Assembly (NCBI GenBank): GCA_964016885.1
Contig: OZ024746.1
Coordinates: forward strand, 56,172,001 to 56,236,000
Source: Eledone cirrhosa
Lineage: Eukaryota
Direction: 5' to 3'
DNA: 64,000 nucleotides
The number at the start of each line of letters is the position of its first letter. The first letter of the stretch is position 1. The translations under genes and the position numbers were made by a program. Below are positions 41,201 to 55,054 of the stretch, in pieces. A model generated the notes under the pieces. It was not told the DNA's origin and made no database searches. It saw only the letters and a program-made list of their open reading frames with translations.

Positions 41201-41520
41201 AGTCGCCCACTAACTCTAAAGAGGGGGACGTTCCAAGAAAGGTCTCCAGAAGCCGGAATAAAACAGGCCGCCCTGCTCCTGTCGGGGCATAGACGGCCAC
41301 TAACCTGAAAGCTTGCCCGTCTCCGCTGGTCACGTCCGGCACCACCAACTTACCTTCTGGGTCCAGGAAGATGGCCCGTATGGCGAGATCCAAACCTCTC
41401 CGAAAAAGCACAGCAACTCCTCCCCCCGTTTAGTGACCTGAGGTCGTTGAGCAGGTGGCCCTGCTTCCATGACGACCCCAAGCCACGCGCATTTATGCTG
41501 CCTATTATGAGTGAGGTCAT
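38209..41520 (-). pseudogene. Tx1-like ORF2, disrupted
   Basis: ORF pieces 38239-39657 (YADD, zf), 39867-40937 and 41163-41411; deletion in the APE N-terminus near 41430. Confidence 0.92.
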
Positions 41521-41559
41521 GTTGAAAAGGAGTGGAAAAGATGGGAAAGACCACTTACC

Positions 41560-43527
41560 TTACTTCTCGTAGGGGAAGGACGGTTTTTCCATCCTTTTCA
41601 CTGCTTGTGGCCTCCTCAGGAAGGATGTCCTTATAAATCCTCCTGGAGAGTGCTTGTCGGAAGTCTCCGATGTCTTTGGGGAATTTTTTTTTAGTGTCAT
41701 GTACGTTTTCTGTGTGATGCGAGTGATTTGTATGTGTGGAGGTGGTGTGAATTTTGGGGTTGTTGTGTAGTCTTCTTTTGTGATGCTGGTGTTGTGTTGG
41801 ATGTAGTGTAATAATTGCTTGTTGTTCAAATTTAATGCTGTGTAGTGTGTATCATTTGTTGTGGGTTTGTTTCTGTTTCGTACTTTGGTGACTTTTGTGG
41901 TGTAGGTGATGGTGGTTTTGGGGTTAATGATGGTGATGGTGTTGGTGTTTGGGTTGATGGGGTTGGTGATGCTGGTGTGGATGGTGGCATATCTGTCCTA
42001 ACTTTTTTGTTTCTTAATTTATTTGTTTCCCTCTGTATTTTGTTTTTGGAGGGGGAAGGAAGAGAATTTTTTTTTTTGGTTTCTTTTTTTTTTCCGGATA
42101 TCGTTTCCCACTCCTCGTCGTCACAATCTGTCTCCAGTTGTGATAGGCCGGCGAGTGGAAATTCCTCCACAGGCTTTTGTTTTGGTTGTGGCGTGGTTGA
42201 TGGTGTAGGCGCTGGTGCTAGTTCTGAAGCGTTAGGTGGTGGTGGTGTTGGTTTTGCTGGTGGTGGTGGTGGTGTTGGTTTTGCTACTGTTGCTGGGGTT
42301 GTTGCTGTTATAGTTGCTTCTGTTGTTGCTGCTACAGTTGTTGATGCCATCTCTGCTACTGGTGGTGTTGATGGTTGTGTCACTGGGCTGGGTAGGAGAG
42401 GTGGCCTCAACCTTTTAGCCTGAGGGCAGAAAGCCCTTAGGTGGGTTCCTTCACCACAAACGACACACCTAGGTCTTCTGCCCTCGACAATTGCCGTGAG
42501 GTGGCTGCCGTCAGTGAGGTCTATTACCTCTGGGATCTCCTCAATGCTTTTTTGGTCCGCTTGGATCAGGAGCTCCATCCCAGATCCGGACCAGTTCTCC
42601 TGCTTTTCTTTTGCTATTGCTATTATTTGTGTTGGCTTCGATGCCGGCGAGGACGGCCGCTATTAGCCAGGGAATTTCGATGGCCGGCGGAACGTGGGTC
42701 ACCCTGATCTTTACGTGTCTCTGGCCACAATAGCTTTGGACGAGTGTGAAGTCGTCACTTCTTAATGGGGCCATGGAGTGTTCTCTAGCCTCCTTTGGTG
42801 TTTCAAAGAACACGTCCACGTTTCCATACTTCTGCCCACGTCTGATGTGGGTTTTTCTTGCCCACACATGTCCCAAAGCTTTTTGGATTTGGGACTCGGA
42901 TGCCCGTTCCACTCGGCGCGATTTTACATTTATTGTTCGATACGACACGGTGTATAGGCGCCGATGCTCCATTTTATTAGGTTGGAGGGGGGGGGGGGTG
43001 AGGCTGACCATGTACCCATCTTTCTTTACCATTTGTTTGGCATTTTCTAAATCCTCCTGAGTTACCGTAAATGCTTCGAACTGTTTTGCTAATCTGGCAA
43101 AACTGAGGGTGGTTTTTATAATGTCATTGTTGTTGTTGTTGCTATCGTTATTTGTGTTAATATTAACTTTAGTTTCAGTTGTGGTGGTGGTGACGTCAGT
43201 CGTCTTTGGTGCGGAAGAGTCCATTTTGCTTGATTTCATTTCGATATCACGAGTTAATTTATTTTTTTCTTCTTTTGTTTCTGTTGTCGCGGTGGTGGTG
43301 GGGGTGGTGGTTGTCGCGGTGGTGCTGGTGGAGGAGGCTTTAACATCTGCAGTCATTGGTAATGGCGGGAAATGAATGTCTGCCTGAGACAAATTTAAAA
43401 TATTGCTACTGCTTATATTTTTTGTAGTGTTGGCAAACGTAGTAACATTTACAATGGTGGTGTCGGTGTGAGGTGTTAATTTGTGAGAAAAGCTTTCAGC
43501 TGCTTGGTGTAGTGGTGAATTAGCCAT
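41560..43527 (-). pseudogene. Tx1-like ORF1, frameshifted
   Basis: ORF pieces 42541-43539, 41832-42578 (CVVCGEGTHLRAFC) and 41560-41829. Confidence 0.87.
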
Positions 43528-43737
43528 TTGTTTTTTCAAAGAAATGTTTTGATAATCATAAAAGTTTAAATTTTAGGCACAAGGCCCCAATCTTTTAGGG
43601 TGTCCTTTTCGGAAAACAATGTATGTGCGCTTATAAACAGTTAACAATAAAATTTTCCATAAATGTCAATTTTTAACAAACGGAAATAACAAACCTTTGC
43701 GGAGCTCACGATGATACGATTTACTACGTAGGTCGCC

Positions 43738-43771
<34 letters not shown>

Positions 43772-46700
43772 CTTTCTTTATTAACCACAAGGGTATACAT
43801 AAAGTAGACATTAAGGACAGTACATGATAATACAGGACGGTACAAATGGGCATTTCTGCGTGTAAAAAACAAGAAAGAGAGGAAGTAATAATAGAACAAT
43901 GAAAACATTCCCCAATAGGGGGGAGACCTCCGAGGGACATTAGTGGAGAAAGCCCATTAAAAAGCCACAGTGACCCTGACCACCAGGGCAAGTGCCCTCT
44001 CCCAGTTTTTCCACCTTTAATTTACAGATACATACTCAGAATAGGCCCATTCACTCGAACCATTCTTGCCTCTCTCACCCATCTTTCAACAAAATGCTTG
44101 GAAGAGAGCACCTCCCTTTCTACCCTGATTTTCCTTTTCAAATTAAATTTGAAAAAGTTAATCAGGGCATCACCGAAGAGGTAAGTGCTCGTCTTCAGCC
44201 CTTCAAACGTGTCCACCATACTATCTCTTTCGCCATGGCCACCAGTGAGATAAAAACTGGCTGCCATTCCCGGCTAAAGGAAGAGGGCGGGACAATCCTC
44301 ACGATGGACTCAGCTGATAGCTGGATACGTCATACACCCGACAACAGGTGTTCGACATAAACCCACAAGTCAGCAATGCTCAGACACTGGACGAGTGCGT
44401 GCAGGACGTTTTCGTCGCCCAGCGCGCATCTCGGACATGCCCGGTTGACGGCACTGCCATGCCTGTAGAGTTTATCCCGAACTGGGAAAGCTCCTTGGTA
44501 GCACTGCCAAGCCAGGGATTTCTGGAAGTTGTCCATAGGCCCCGCCCGAAAGTTCTTCCGAAGAGATTGGATAGTTGATTTTCGTCGACGCCTAGAGTTT
44601 CTCCATGTACGTCGTCGCTCTTCCCCTCCACTAATCCTCTATAGAACGCCAAGGTGGAATTTCCACCGATCACATTGCCCGATTGGTCTAGGGCTGTGAG
44701 CGCCTGAAGACATTCCAGAGTCCAGGCGCACCCTCTCGGTCTTCGCTTGACCCAGGACTGCTGCTCCGTCAAGGAGACGAGCTGGGGAAAGACGCGTCTA
44801 GCAAACGGCAACCACAAATGATCACCGTCGAGGAAGAGGTGGAGATGTCGTAGCCTGAGCGCGTGTCTGCGCATCATCAGCTACGGCATTCCCAGTCCTC
44901 CACGTAGCGGGTGTTGACAGCAGATGGACCGCCTTACCATCGGAGCGCGTCCCTTCCAGAAAAAGCGAAAAAGCAAACGCTCCAGCGCAGTCAGACGGGG
45001 CTGAGGACAAGGTACGATGGTCAGGCCGTAGTAGATGACAGACGCGATATACGCGTTAGCCACCTCCGCTCGATCTTTCAGGGATAGCTTCCTCTCGGCC
45101 CATTTCTGGGTGAGAGAAGCCACCTGCTCGTCACCTCGTCCCAGTTTTTGTTCGTCTGGCGGTCCGGACCGAACCAGACCCCGGGCAATTTAACCGATTC
45201 CTCCGTCCAGCGCCCGACGACGCTATTGGATTGCATGGACCTGCCTGTCCAGGTGCCGAGATGCAGGCCCACTGACTTTTCCTGGTTGATCATTGCTCCT
45301 GTCATCGCTTCGTATTCTCTTAGTGTAGTGCCGATCGCCTCGATGTGTTTCGCATTCGACACCACTACGGTGACCTCGTCTGCATATGCTGACACGGATC
45401 TTCCGCATCCTAGTTCGCGCGGGACCCCCCTCAACGTCTCCAGTTTGTGCAGTAATGTCTCGAGAGTTAATAGGTACAAGAGGGACGAGAGGGGACGAGA
45501 GGGGACATCCTTGGCGACTGATCTAAATTGATTAAGGACCCACCCATGCCAGGTTCCCCAGCTACCCTCTCTACGATGTATTGCATGATATGGAGGTTGT
45601 CGTGGGTGGATCTGTCGGGAATGGCGCATGTCTGCGCCTCTCCCACCAGACCACCAACGGCAAGCGCCAACCTCTTTGCTAGCACCTTGGCCAAAATCTT
45701 GAACTCTGTCTTTAGCAGGGTTATGGGCCTAACGTTATCTGTTATCCCCCTTGTTCGGATCCATTCTCAGCAGCGCCACAGCTCCTCGGCTCACAGAGCT
45801 GGGATTTCTCCCGTTCTGTTGCCAGTTGCAGTAGACGTCCGCTAAGAGGCCTCCGAACAGGTCTGGCATCTGTACGTAAAGTTCATAGGGCAGATCATCC
45901 AAACCAGGCGATTTACCCCTTGTGCAGCCAGTCATTGCCTCCCGTACTTCAGCGGCTGTTATCGGCTTTTCGCAACACTCCGCCTCAGTGGCCGAGAGCC
46001 GCCGCAGTACGTCGAGGTAGACACTAAAGTCCATCCCTCGTTTCGCCCCGCCGCTGCCCCCGAACAGTTGAGCGAAGTGTCTCTGGAAAGATTCACACAT
46101 TTGCCCGAGATCGAGTAGCATGCGTTGCCACGACGCGCCTCCGCCACTCGGGCCCATTGAACGGCTTTCGTCTCCTCGCGTCTGAGAGCACGCGCCCACG
46201 CTCTGATAACGCAGCCTTCGTGCTTTGCATTGAAGATTTGGTCAAGGGCCAATTTCACCGCAAGTACGTCGGTCGCGATGCCTTTGCTAAGCGCCTCGTC
46301 TAATTTTCTAACTAGTTCTCCCTCTGCTCTATTTTTCTCTATTGCTAAAGCCTTACTAAACCTAATGGACTCTATTCTAATCGCTCTTTTCAGAGCACAC
46401 CACCACTTGATGTTGACGATGGCCCCCGTCGACGCCCGCTTAACTAGTTCGCTAATCCGGTCTATGTAGGCCTTGCGCGCTGATAAGGACGCGTTTAGCT
46501 TCCAGTAGCCGGGTCCTCGTCTATGAAGCCTATCTAAATCAAGCACACAGATCACGAATTTGTGGTCCGTGTAGCTGACTATCTTGAATTGTGGACAGCC
46601 TATGCTAGACCTATCTATTTCCCTACACAATACTCTATATAGATATGATCTGGATGACCCTATGCGATTTGTCCAAGTGCACATTGGCACATTCGGGAAA

Positions 46701-49405
46701 TACAATCGGTACCTGTCAGACAGTTCAAAACGCCTGAGCAGGTTGGTGAGGCTCTTGCACTCTCCTCCCCTATCCGCTATTCCCACACAGTCCCAGCGTG
46801 CATCTAAGATCTCGTTCCAGTCGCCTACTAACACTAAAGAGCGGGACGTTCCAAGAAAGGTCTCCAGACACCGGAAGAAATCAGGCCGCCCTGCTCCCGT
46901 CGGGGCATAGACGGCCACTAGCCTGAAAGCTTGCCCGTCTCCGCTGGTCGCGTCCGGCGCCACCAATTTACCTCTGGATCCAGGAAGATGGCCCGTATGG
47001 CGAGATCCAAACCTCTCCGAAAAAGCACAGCAACCCCTCCCCTAGATCCAGGACGCGCTGGGAGATGCGTACACATGGTAGCCGCCGAAGATCGGTGCGA
47101 AGGCCCGTGTTTGGAGATTCTGGTCTCGTTGATGGCCACTACATCTATGTTTAGTGACCTGAGGTCCTTGAGCAGGTGACCCTGCTTCCATGACGACCCC
47201 AAGCCACGCTCATTTATGCTGCCTATTCTGAGTGAGGTCATGTGGAAAGTAGGGAAAGACCACATACCTTACTTATCGTAGAGGAAGGATGATTTGTCCA
47301 TCCTTTTCACTGCCTGTGGCCTCCTCAGGAAGGATGTCCTTATTAATTTTCCTGGAGAGTGTTTGTCGGAAGTCTCTGATGTCTTTGGGGTATTTTTGTT
47401 TTAGTGTCGTGTACGTTTTCTGTGTGATGCGAGTGATTTGTATGTGTGGAGGTTGTGTGAACATTTGGCTTGTTGTGTAGTCTTTTTCTGTGATGCTGGT
47501 GTTGTGTTGGATGTAGTGTAATAATTGGTTGTTGTTCAAATTAAATGCTGTGTAGTGTATATCATTTTGGTTGTTTTGTTTTGTTTGCGTTTTTTGTGGT
47601 TTGTTTCTGTTTCGCTTTTAGGTGACTTTTGTGGTGTTGGTGATGGTGGTGTTGGGGTTAATGATGGTGATGGTGTTGGTGTTTGTGGTGATGGGGTTGG
47701 TGTTGCTGGTGTGGATGGTGGCATATCTATCCTAACTTTTTTGTTTGATAGTTTATTTGTTTCCCTCTGTATTTTGTTTTTGGAGGGGGAGGGAAGATAA
47801 TTTTTTTTTTTTGGTTTCTTTTTTTCTTTTTTCCTGATACCGTTTCCCACTCCTCGTCGTCACAATCTGTCTCCAGTTGTGATAGGCCGGGGAGTGGAAA
47901 ATCCTCCACAGGCGTTGGTTTTGGTTGTGGCGTGGTGGATGGTGTAGGCGCTGGTGCTAGTTCTGGCGCGTCCGGTGGTGGTGGTGTTGGTTTTGCTACT
48001 GTTGCTGGGGTTGTTGCTGTTACAGTTGCATCTGTTGTTGCTGCTACAGTTGTTGCTGCCATTTCTACTGCTGGTAGTGTTGATGGTTTAGTCACTGGGG
48101 TGGGTAAGAAAGGTGGCCTCAACCTTTTAGCCTGAGGGCAGAAAGCCCTTAGGTGAGTTCCTTCACCACAAACGACACAACTAGGCCTTCTGCCCTCGAC
48201 GATTACGGTAATGTGGCTGCCGTCAATGAGGTCTATTACCTCTGGGATCTCCTCAATGCTCTTTTTGTCCGCTTGGATCAAGAGCTCAATCCCAGATCCA
48301 GACCAGTTCTCCTGCTTTTCTTTCGCTATTTCGATTATCTTTGTGTTAGCTTCGATGCCGGCGAGGACGGCAGCTATTAGCCAGGGAATTTCGATGACCG
48401 GTGGAACGTGTGTGACCCTGATCTTTACGAGTGTCTGGCCACAATAGCTTGGATGAGTGTGAAGTCGTCACTTCATAATGGGGCCATGGAGTGTTCTCTG
48501 GCCTCCTGTGGTGTTTCAAAGAACACGTCCACGGTTCCATATTTCTGCCCACGTCTGAAGTGGTTTTTTTTTTGCCCACACATGTCCCAAAGCTTTTTGG
48601 ATTTGGGACTCGGATGCCCGTTCCACTCGGCGCGATTTTATGTTAATCGTCCGATAAGACACGGTGCATAAGCACCGATGCACCATTTGATTAGGTGTGT
48701 TGGGTGAGGCTGACCCTGTATCCAACTTTCTTTACCATTGTTTTGGCTTCTTCTAATTCCTCCTGAGTTACCTGGAATGCTTCGCACTGTTTTGCTACTC
48801 TGGCAAAACTCAGGGTGGTTTTCTTAATGTCATTGTTGCTGTTGTTGTTATTGTTAATTTTAGTTTCAGTTGTGGTGGTGGTGGCGTCAGTGGTGTTCGG
48901 TGTGGAAGATTTCATTTTGGTTGAATTCATTTCGATATCACGAGTTAATTTATTTTTTTCTTTTGTTTCTGTTATCGCCGTGGTGTTGGTGGGGGTGGCG
49001 GCTTTAACACCTGCAGTCATTGGTAATGGCGGGAAATGAATGTCTGCCTGAGACAAATTTAAAATATTGCTACTGCTTATATATTTAGTGTTGGCAAACG
49101 TAGTAATATTTACAATGGTGGTGTCGGTGTGAGGTGTTAGTTTGTGAGGAAGGCTCTAAGCTACTGGCTTCAGCTTTGAGTCGTCCATGATTTTTCAAAT
49201 AATTATTTTTTTGTTTGATAATTATAAAAAGTTTAAATTTTGGGATCAAGGTCCCAATCTTTTTGAGTGTCCTTTTCAGAAATCAATGTATGTGCACTTA
49301 TATAGATTTAACAATAAAAATGTTCCATAAATAGCAATTTTAAACAACTGAAAATAACAAACCTTTGCGGAGCTCACGATAATACGATTTACTACGTAGG
49401 TCGCC
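43738..49405 (-). mobile_element. Tx1/L1-clade non-LTR retrotransposon copy 4 (more decayed)
   Basis: ORF1 about 47270-49188, ORF2 44022-47241 with deletions and YADE; 5' end GGCGACC at 49405; its tail abuts the 5' end of copy 3. Confidence 0.92.
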
Positions 49406-49745
49406 AATAATAATAATAATAATAATAATATTAATAATAATGCTTTCTTTATTAACCACAAGGGTTTACACAAAGTAGACAGTACAGGACAATACATGAC
49501 GGTACAAATGGGCATTTCTGCGTGTAAAAAAACAAAAAGCAGAGCAAGTAATAAAAGGAACAATGAAAAATTCCCCAATAGGGGGTAGACTTCCGAGGGC
49601 TATCGTGGAGAAAGCCCATTAAAAAAAGCCACCGTGTCCTCTCCCTGTTTTCTACCTTCAATTCACAGGCATATACTCAGCGTAGGTCTATTCACTCGGG
49701 CCATTCTTGCCTCTCCCACCCATCTTTCAACAAAAAGCTGGGAAG
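49406..49745 (-). mobile_element. 5'-truncated 3' end (~340 bp) of the same Tx1-like family
   Basis: 3'UTR, AATAAA and (ATT)n tail homologous to copies 1-4. Confidence 0.88.
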
Positions 49746-49796
49746 AATGATAGATATAACTTTATATTATCACTATTCATTTCATTATATATCTTT

Positions 49797-49882
<86 letters not shown>

Positions 49883-50836
49883 GAATACGTCTGTATTTCT
49901 ATTTCTATGGCGAGGAGTCTAGAATGATAAAATGTTTTCTCTCTGAAATACCATATGGTCAATTTGTCTATCCAAGACTGACGATATTGAAAAAAAGAAA
50001 TTGACAGATACATTATAAAGTAAGTCAGCTGGAGAAGATGTATCATAGAGCCACAAATCCGTTGAATATTATGAAGTTGACGAAATAAATTCAAATAGAA
50101 TAAGAAAATGTTAAAAACATATATTCATAAAATCTGTGTGATGATTCTCATTTGCATTATTATTAAAAACTGACTGAATTTTAATTCTGCATAAGAGCTG
50201 AAAGTTTTTCAATGAATTTCCCGTCTCGTTTTTAGAAATACTTTCAACATGAAAAATACATAAACGTCTGAATATCGTCTGCGTCAATGAAATATTATGT
50301 TGAGAGCATCCTTGATGGTTTACAGTTTTGTGAAGTTTTCTATTTAAAAAAAACTATTGAAACAGTCTGTGTGATATTGTAAATGATATAGAGAATAGAC
50401 AGGTAAATAGAAAAGGGTATTGAAACAACTACATAACATTAGCCAGTCATATATATATCAATTATATTTCGAAACCATCATGTGTATTTATGTATGAGTG
50501 TATCTGTGTAAGTGTATGTATGTATGTATGTATGTATCTATGTATGTATGTATGTATGTATGTATATGTGTGTGTGTGTGTGTGAGTTCGTATGCATGTA
50601 TGTATGTATATATGTGTGTATTTATTATGATGTGTAAGTAAGTATATATATATGTATATATATATATCTATATATATATATATAATATATATATATATGT
50701 ACGTGACAGGCAAAACAGAAATGTAGGGAATTTGAAGAAAAAAATAGGTATATTCGTTTTATTAAATCTTCACGGTTATAATTGACTAATTAACTAATTC
50801 AACAGAAAATGCGCAATAATAGTAAAGGGTGGACAC

Positions 50837-50941
<105 letters not shown>

Positions 50942-50949
50942 ATATATAT

Positions 50950-51110
50950 ACAACAAAGAGGGTGTGGTAAGATACCAGGTAGACCATAACACACCAGAGT
51001 ACTCAATACTTACGGTAGTAGAGTGTGTAATAGGAAAAGTGTCAGGACCTCGCCGGCAGAGCTCCGGCCGTTTTAACAGCTAGAATCGAACTCTCCGAAT
51101 CTAGCAGTCT
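50950..51110 (-). mobile_element. Short (TA)n-inserted element, family shared with 52341 and 54731
   Basis: gaccataacacaccagagtactcaatacttacggtagtagagtg...ataggaaaag homologous to the two other copies. Confidence 0.75.
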
Positions 51111-51133
51111 TTATATATAAATATATACATATT

Positions 51134-51229
<96 letters not shown>

Positions 51230-51705
51230 TATATATATAGTGTGTGTCTGTGCATTAAGCTAGTAACATTTCTGTACACACACAATATATAGATATGGGC
51301 GTTTACGCAATCTCAGTTAAATTCAGTACAGTATATGAAATAGATAAAAAAAATGTTCATAAAACTTAGGACTGAACTATTGTGTTGAGTGTTATATATA
51401 TTGATATGGTTAAGATATAATAAAGATAACTGCGACTTAAAAGTTTCCCCGTTGTATTTGCTGCGACATGGGATTTGCATTTTAGGACTTTTCACGCGGT
51501 TTTACTATAAATTAATTTAGCAAAGAGCCATCTTTATTAATTATATTATTTGCTGTTACTCGCATTAACGGTAGCTTGCTAATGTCAATAGTAATTAGTT
51601 TCCCATGACTGATGTATACATTTTATTCCACTGTAATGAGTAGTATAATTTAAATTAATATCATATAGGATTTAACACTAGGGAGGAAACCATATATATA
51701 TATAT

Positions 51706-52250
51706 GGAAAAAAGAATGAAACGACATTTCATTTCTCACTCTTAGTATGGCTAATATTTAAATATAAGTACGTATACGTTAGTCGACCGGGCGTACCGAA
51801 AACGATAAATGGAAAAGAATGAAACGAGTATCAGCCGTTCTCAGAGTGAGAAATGAAATTTCGTTTCATTCTTTTCCATTTATCGTTTTCGGTACGCTCG
51901 GCCGACGAACTCACTCGATACGCCAATTAGGCTGCTCAGTCGTTAATATGCATAAGGAAAGTATATACTTTCAAACGTTCAATCATCTGACAGGAAGGTA
52001 TACGATGCTGAAATAGCTAATAAGCCTGAAACTAGTACATCCTTCCTTTGTCAGTGTTGAACAAAAGGGCAACGATGGTTGCTGAACACTATACGGCTTA
52101 ATTCGAGCTGCTTGTTTACAAACAAACCTAACATTATAATACATGTTCGGTAAACCCATACGTACATATATATATATGTGTGCATGTATGTATATATATA
52201 CATACTACTGTACGTCTGTACGTCTGTATACATATATGTATGTACGTTTT
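51706..52250 (+). mobile_element. 430-bp-family PLE-pLTR-like element with inverted 5' arms; degenerate hammerhead at 52003-52040
   Basis: Homologous to 53340-53740; 51706-51828 is inverted relative to the rest. Confidence 0.75.
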
Positions 52251-52268
52251 ATATATATAGATATATAC

Positions 52269-52340
<72 letters not shown>

Positions 52341-52344
<4 letters not shown>

Positions 52345-52549
52345 AAAAAGTATGACCCCGACGGCAGAGCTCAAGCTGATTCGTCAGCTATTTCTGGACT
52401 AAATTCAATTTAGTCGAGAAATAGCCGTCGAAACGGCTTGAGCGCCTGCCGTCGGCGTCATACTTTTTCCTATTTCCCACTCTACTACCCTAAGTATTGA
52501 GTAGTCTTGTGCATTATGGTCCATCTGGTTCCTTACAACAATTCCATTG

Positions 52550-52550
<1 letters not shown>
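52341..52550 (+). mobile_element. Fold-back element with the 3' half of a hammerhead (GAAACGGC...GCCGUC)
   Basis: 52341-52405 pairs with 52407-52472; GAAA 52430-52433, stem III ACGGC/GCCGT, GUC 52451-52453; (TA)n flanks. Confidence 0.7.
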
Positions 52551-52593
<43 letters not shown>

Positions 52594-52714
52594 AAATTTA
52601 TATATATATATATATATCAAAATATTAACGGATTCATAGGCTCCAAGCTCACTTATTGATGGCACACACTTTCTCTCTCTAGTGTGTTATCCTTTTCACA
52701 TATTGTATTATATA

Positions 52715-52752
52715 TATACGTACATACATATATGTATACATACGTACAGTAG

Positions 52753-52789
<37 letters not shown>

Positions 52790-53802
52790 GCACACATATA
52801 CATATGTACGTATGGATTCACCGAACATTTATTATAATGCTCGGTGTGTTTGTAAACAAACATCCCGTATTAAGCCGTAGTGTCTAGCAACCATCGTTGC
52901 TCGTTTGTTCAACACTGACAAAGGAACGCTGTACTAGTTTCAAGCTTATTAGCTATCGTCAGCAACGTATACCCTCCTGCCAGATGATTGAACGTCTGAA
53001 AGTATATACTTTCCTTATGCATATTAACGGCTGAGCAGCCTAATTTGCATATCGAGTGAGTCAATCAGCCGGGGTACTGGAAACGATAAACGGGAAAGAT
53101 GAAACGAAATTTGAAAAATGAAATATCAAATGAGCAATGATGGTTGCTAGACACTCTACGGCTTAATACGGGATGTTTGTTTACAAACACACTGAGCATT
53201 ATAATAAATGTTCGGTGAATCCATACGTACATATATATATGTGTGTTCATGCATGTATATATATATACATACTACTGTACGTCTGTATACATATATGTAT
53301 GTACGTATACATACTTATATTTAAGTAACAGCCGTACTAAGAGTGAGAATGGGATCTCGTTTCATTTTTTCCGTTTATCATTTTCGGTACCCCGGCCGAT
53401 TAACTCACTCGATATGCAAATTAGGCTGCTCAGCCGTTAATATACATAAGGAAAGTATATACTTTCAGACGTTCAATCATCTGGCAGGTAGGTATACGTT
53501 GCTGATGATAGCTAATAAGCTTAAAACTAGTACAGCGTTCCTTTGTCAGTGTTGAACAAATGAGCAACGATGGTTGCTAGACACTACGGCTTAATTCGGG
53601 ATGTTAGTTTACAAACACACCGAGCATTATAATAAATGTTCGGTGAATCCAGACGTAAATATATATATGTGTGCATGTATGTATATATATATACATACTA
53701 CTGTACGTCTGTATACATATATGTATGTACGTATACATACTTATATTTAAGTAACGGCCGTACTAAGAGTGAGAAATGAAATTTCGTTTCCTTTTCTCCG
53801 TT

Positions 53803-53805
<3 letters not shown>
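52715..53805 (+). mobile_element. Retrozyme/PLE-pLTR-like array: inverted unit (52715-53113) plus ~1.6 direct units of 430 bp
   Basis: tgagcaaYgatggttgctag recurs at 53131 and 53561; the left part is the reverse complement. Confidence 0.85.
52927..52967 (-). ncRNA. Minimal type I hammerhead ribozyme
   Basis: Minus strand CGTTG-CTGACGA-TAGC TAATAA GCTT-GAAA-CTAG-TA-CAGCG; palindromic ACTAGT, GUA site. The plus-strand paralogue at 53497-53537 has CTGATGA but GAAA>AAAA. Confidence 0.8.
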
Positions 53806-53838
<33 letters not shown>

Positions 53839-54129
53839 ATCAGATGTACGGTAGCAACTGAAGTGTATGATAAAGTTATACCGGTATACAATCAGAGTGA
53901 GTAACCGTGACTGACCAACGTCTATAAATATATAAACGTATCTGACATGTGTAAGTGTAAGTCTTGCCAGAAAATACGCATTTCCCTGGAAATTGAAAGA
54001 ATGAAAAACGTCTTTCATCAACTGTCGGATGACATTGGACACACATCAGCAGACTTGGATATCTTCCAATGAACCACAAGGAAACATATATTTGATGGGT
54101 ATATATACATATTCTCGCTTAGTATTATT

Positions 54130-54310
54130 CAGGCAGTATCAATAGAGTGTCAGACACAACGTTTTGCAGAATAGTGTTATGTCCCTTTGAGTTCTGAGTT
54201 CAAAACTCCCTGAGGTTACTTTGTCTGTCATCCTTACGGGGTCGATGAAATAAACCACCAGTTATGAAATTGGGTAATTGCTGGCCTTGTGCCAAAAATA
54301 ATGACAATTA
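54130..54310 (+). mobile_element. Degenerate SINE
   Basis: ttctgagttcaaa...catccttacggggtcgatgaaataaaccaccag...aattgctggccttgtgcc. Confidence 0.75.
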
Positions 54311-54653
54311 TTTCATGTGGTCGATTGGCAGGTTTGGTAGAGCGTTGGACATTGTTCTTTGCAGCATTGATTTACAGGTCTTTACATTATCTTTTCTTTT
54401 TGTTCCGAGAATTTCTGGCCTTGACAAGTATCTTTCAGAAGTTGACATACTAATTTGCATATAATTAGTGCTCGGGTTGGTAAATAATTCATGATATACT
54501 TTGGTTGTTAGTGCACTTCTTACAAAACGCGTTAAATACACTATGACAGCATGACCACAGTTCAAATTCTTAAAAAAGAGAAATATTATATTCGCATTAA
54601 TTCTCCAAAACATGCACTTACAGCCATATACACTGATATATACATACACACAG

Positions 54654-54688
<35 letters not shown>

Positions 54689-54695
54689 CCTATAC

Positions 54696-54730
<35 letters not shown>

Positions 54731-54731
<1 letters not shown>

Positions 54732-54912
54732 CAAAGGAAATGTGGATAGGAACCAGATGGACCATAACACACAAAAGTACTCAATACTTAGGTTAGTAGA
54801 GTGGGTAATAGGAACGAGTAGGACCCAGACGGCTGAACTCAGGCCGTTTCGACGGCTAATTCAAATTAGCCGTCGAAACGGCTTGAGCTCAGCCGTCGGG
54901 GTCCTACTCGTT

Positions 54913-54917
<5 letters not shown>
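54731..54917 (-). mobile_element. Fold-back element with the 3' half of a hammerhead
   Basis: Arms 54808-54860 and 54865-54917; GAAACGGC-TTGAGCTCA-GCCGTC at 54875-54897. Confidence 0.7.
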
Positions 54918-54977
<60 letters not shown>

Positions 54978-55016
54978 ATCTTGTATCTGCAGATATTACT
55001 TCTTGTTGTTTTAATT

Positions 55017-55054
55017 GCCCTGATGAGTCCTTAATAGGACGAAACATTGTCGGC
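55017..55054 (+). ncRNA. Minimal type I hammerhead ribozyme in a ~130-bp insert between (TA)n tracts
   Basis: GCC-CTGATGA-GTCC TTAATA GGAC-GAAA-CATTG-TC-GGC; fully canonical core, G10.1-C11.1, GUC site. Confidence 0.88.

Larger units (their letters stand above)
37918..43737 (-). mobile_element. Tx1/L1-clade non-LTR retrotransposon copy 3
   Basis: Reverse-complement homologue of copy 2; 5' end GGCGACC at 43737, tail at 37918-37964. Confidence 0.92.
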
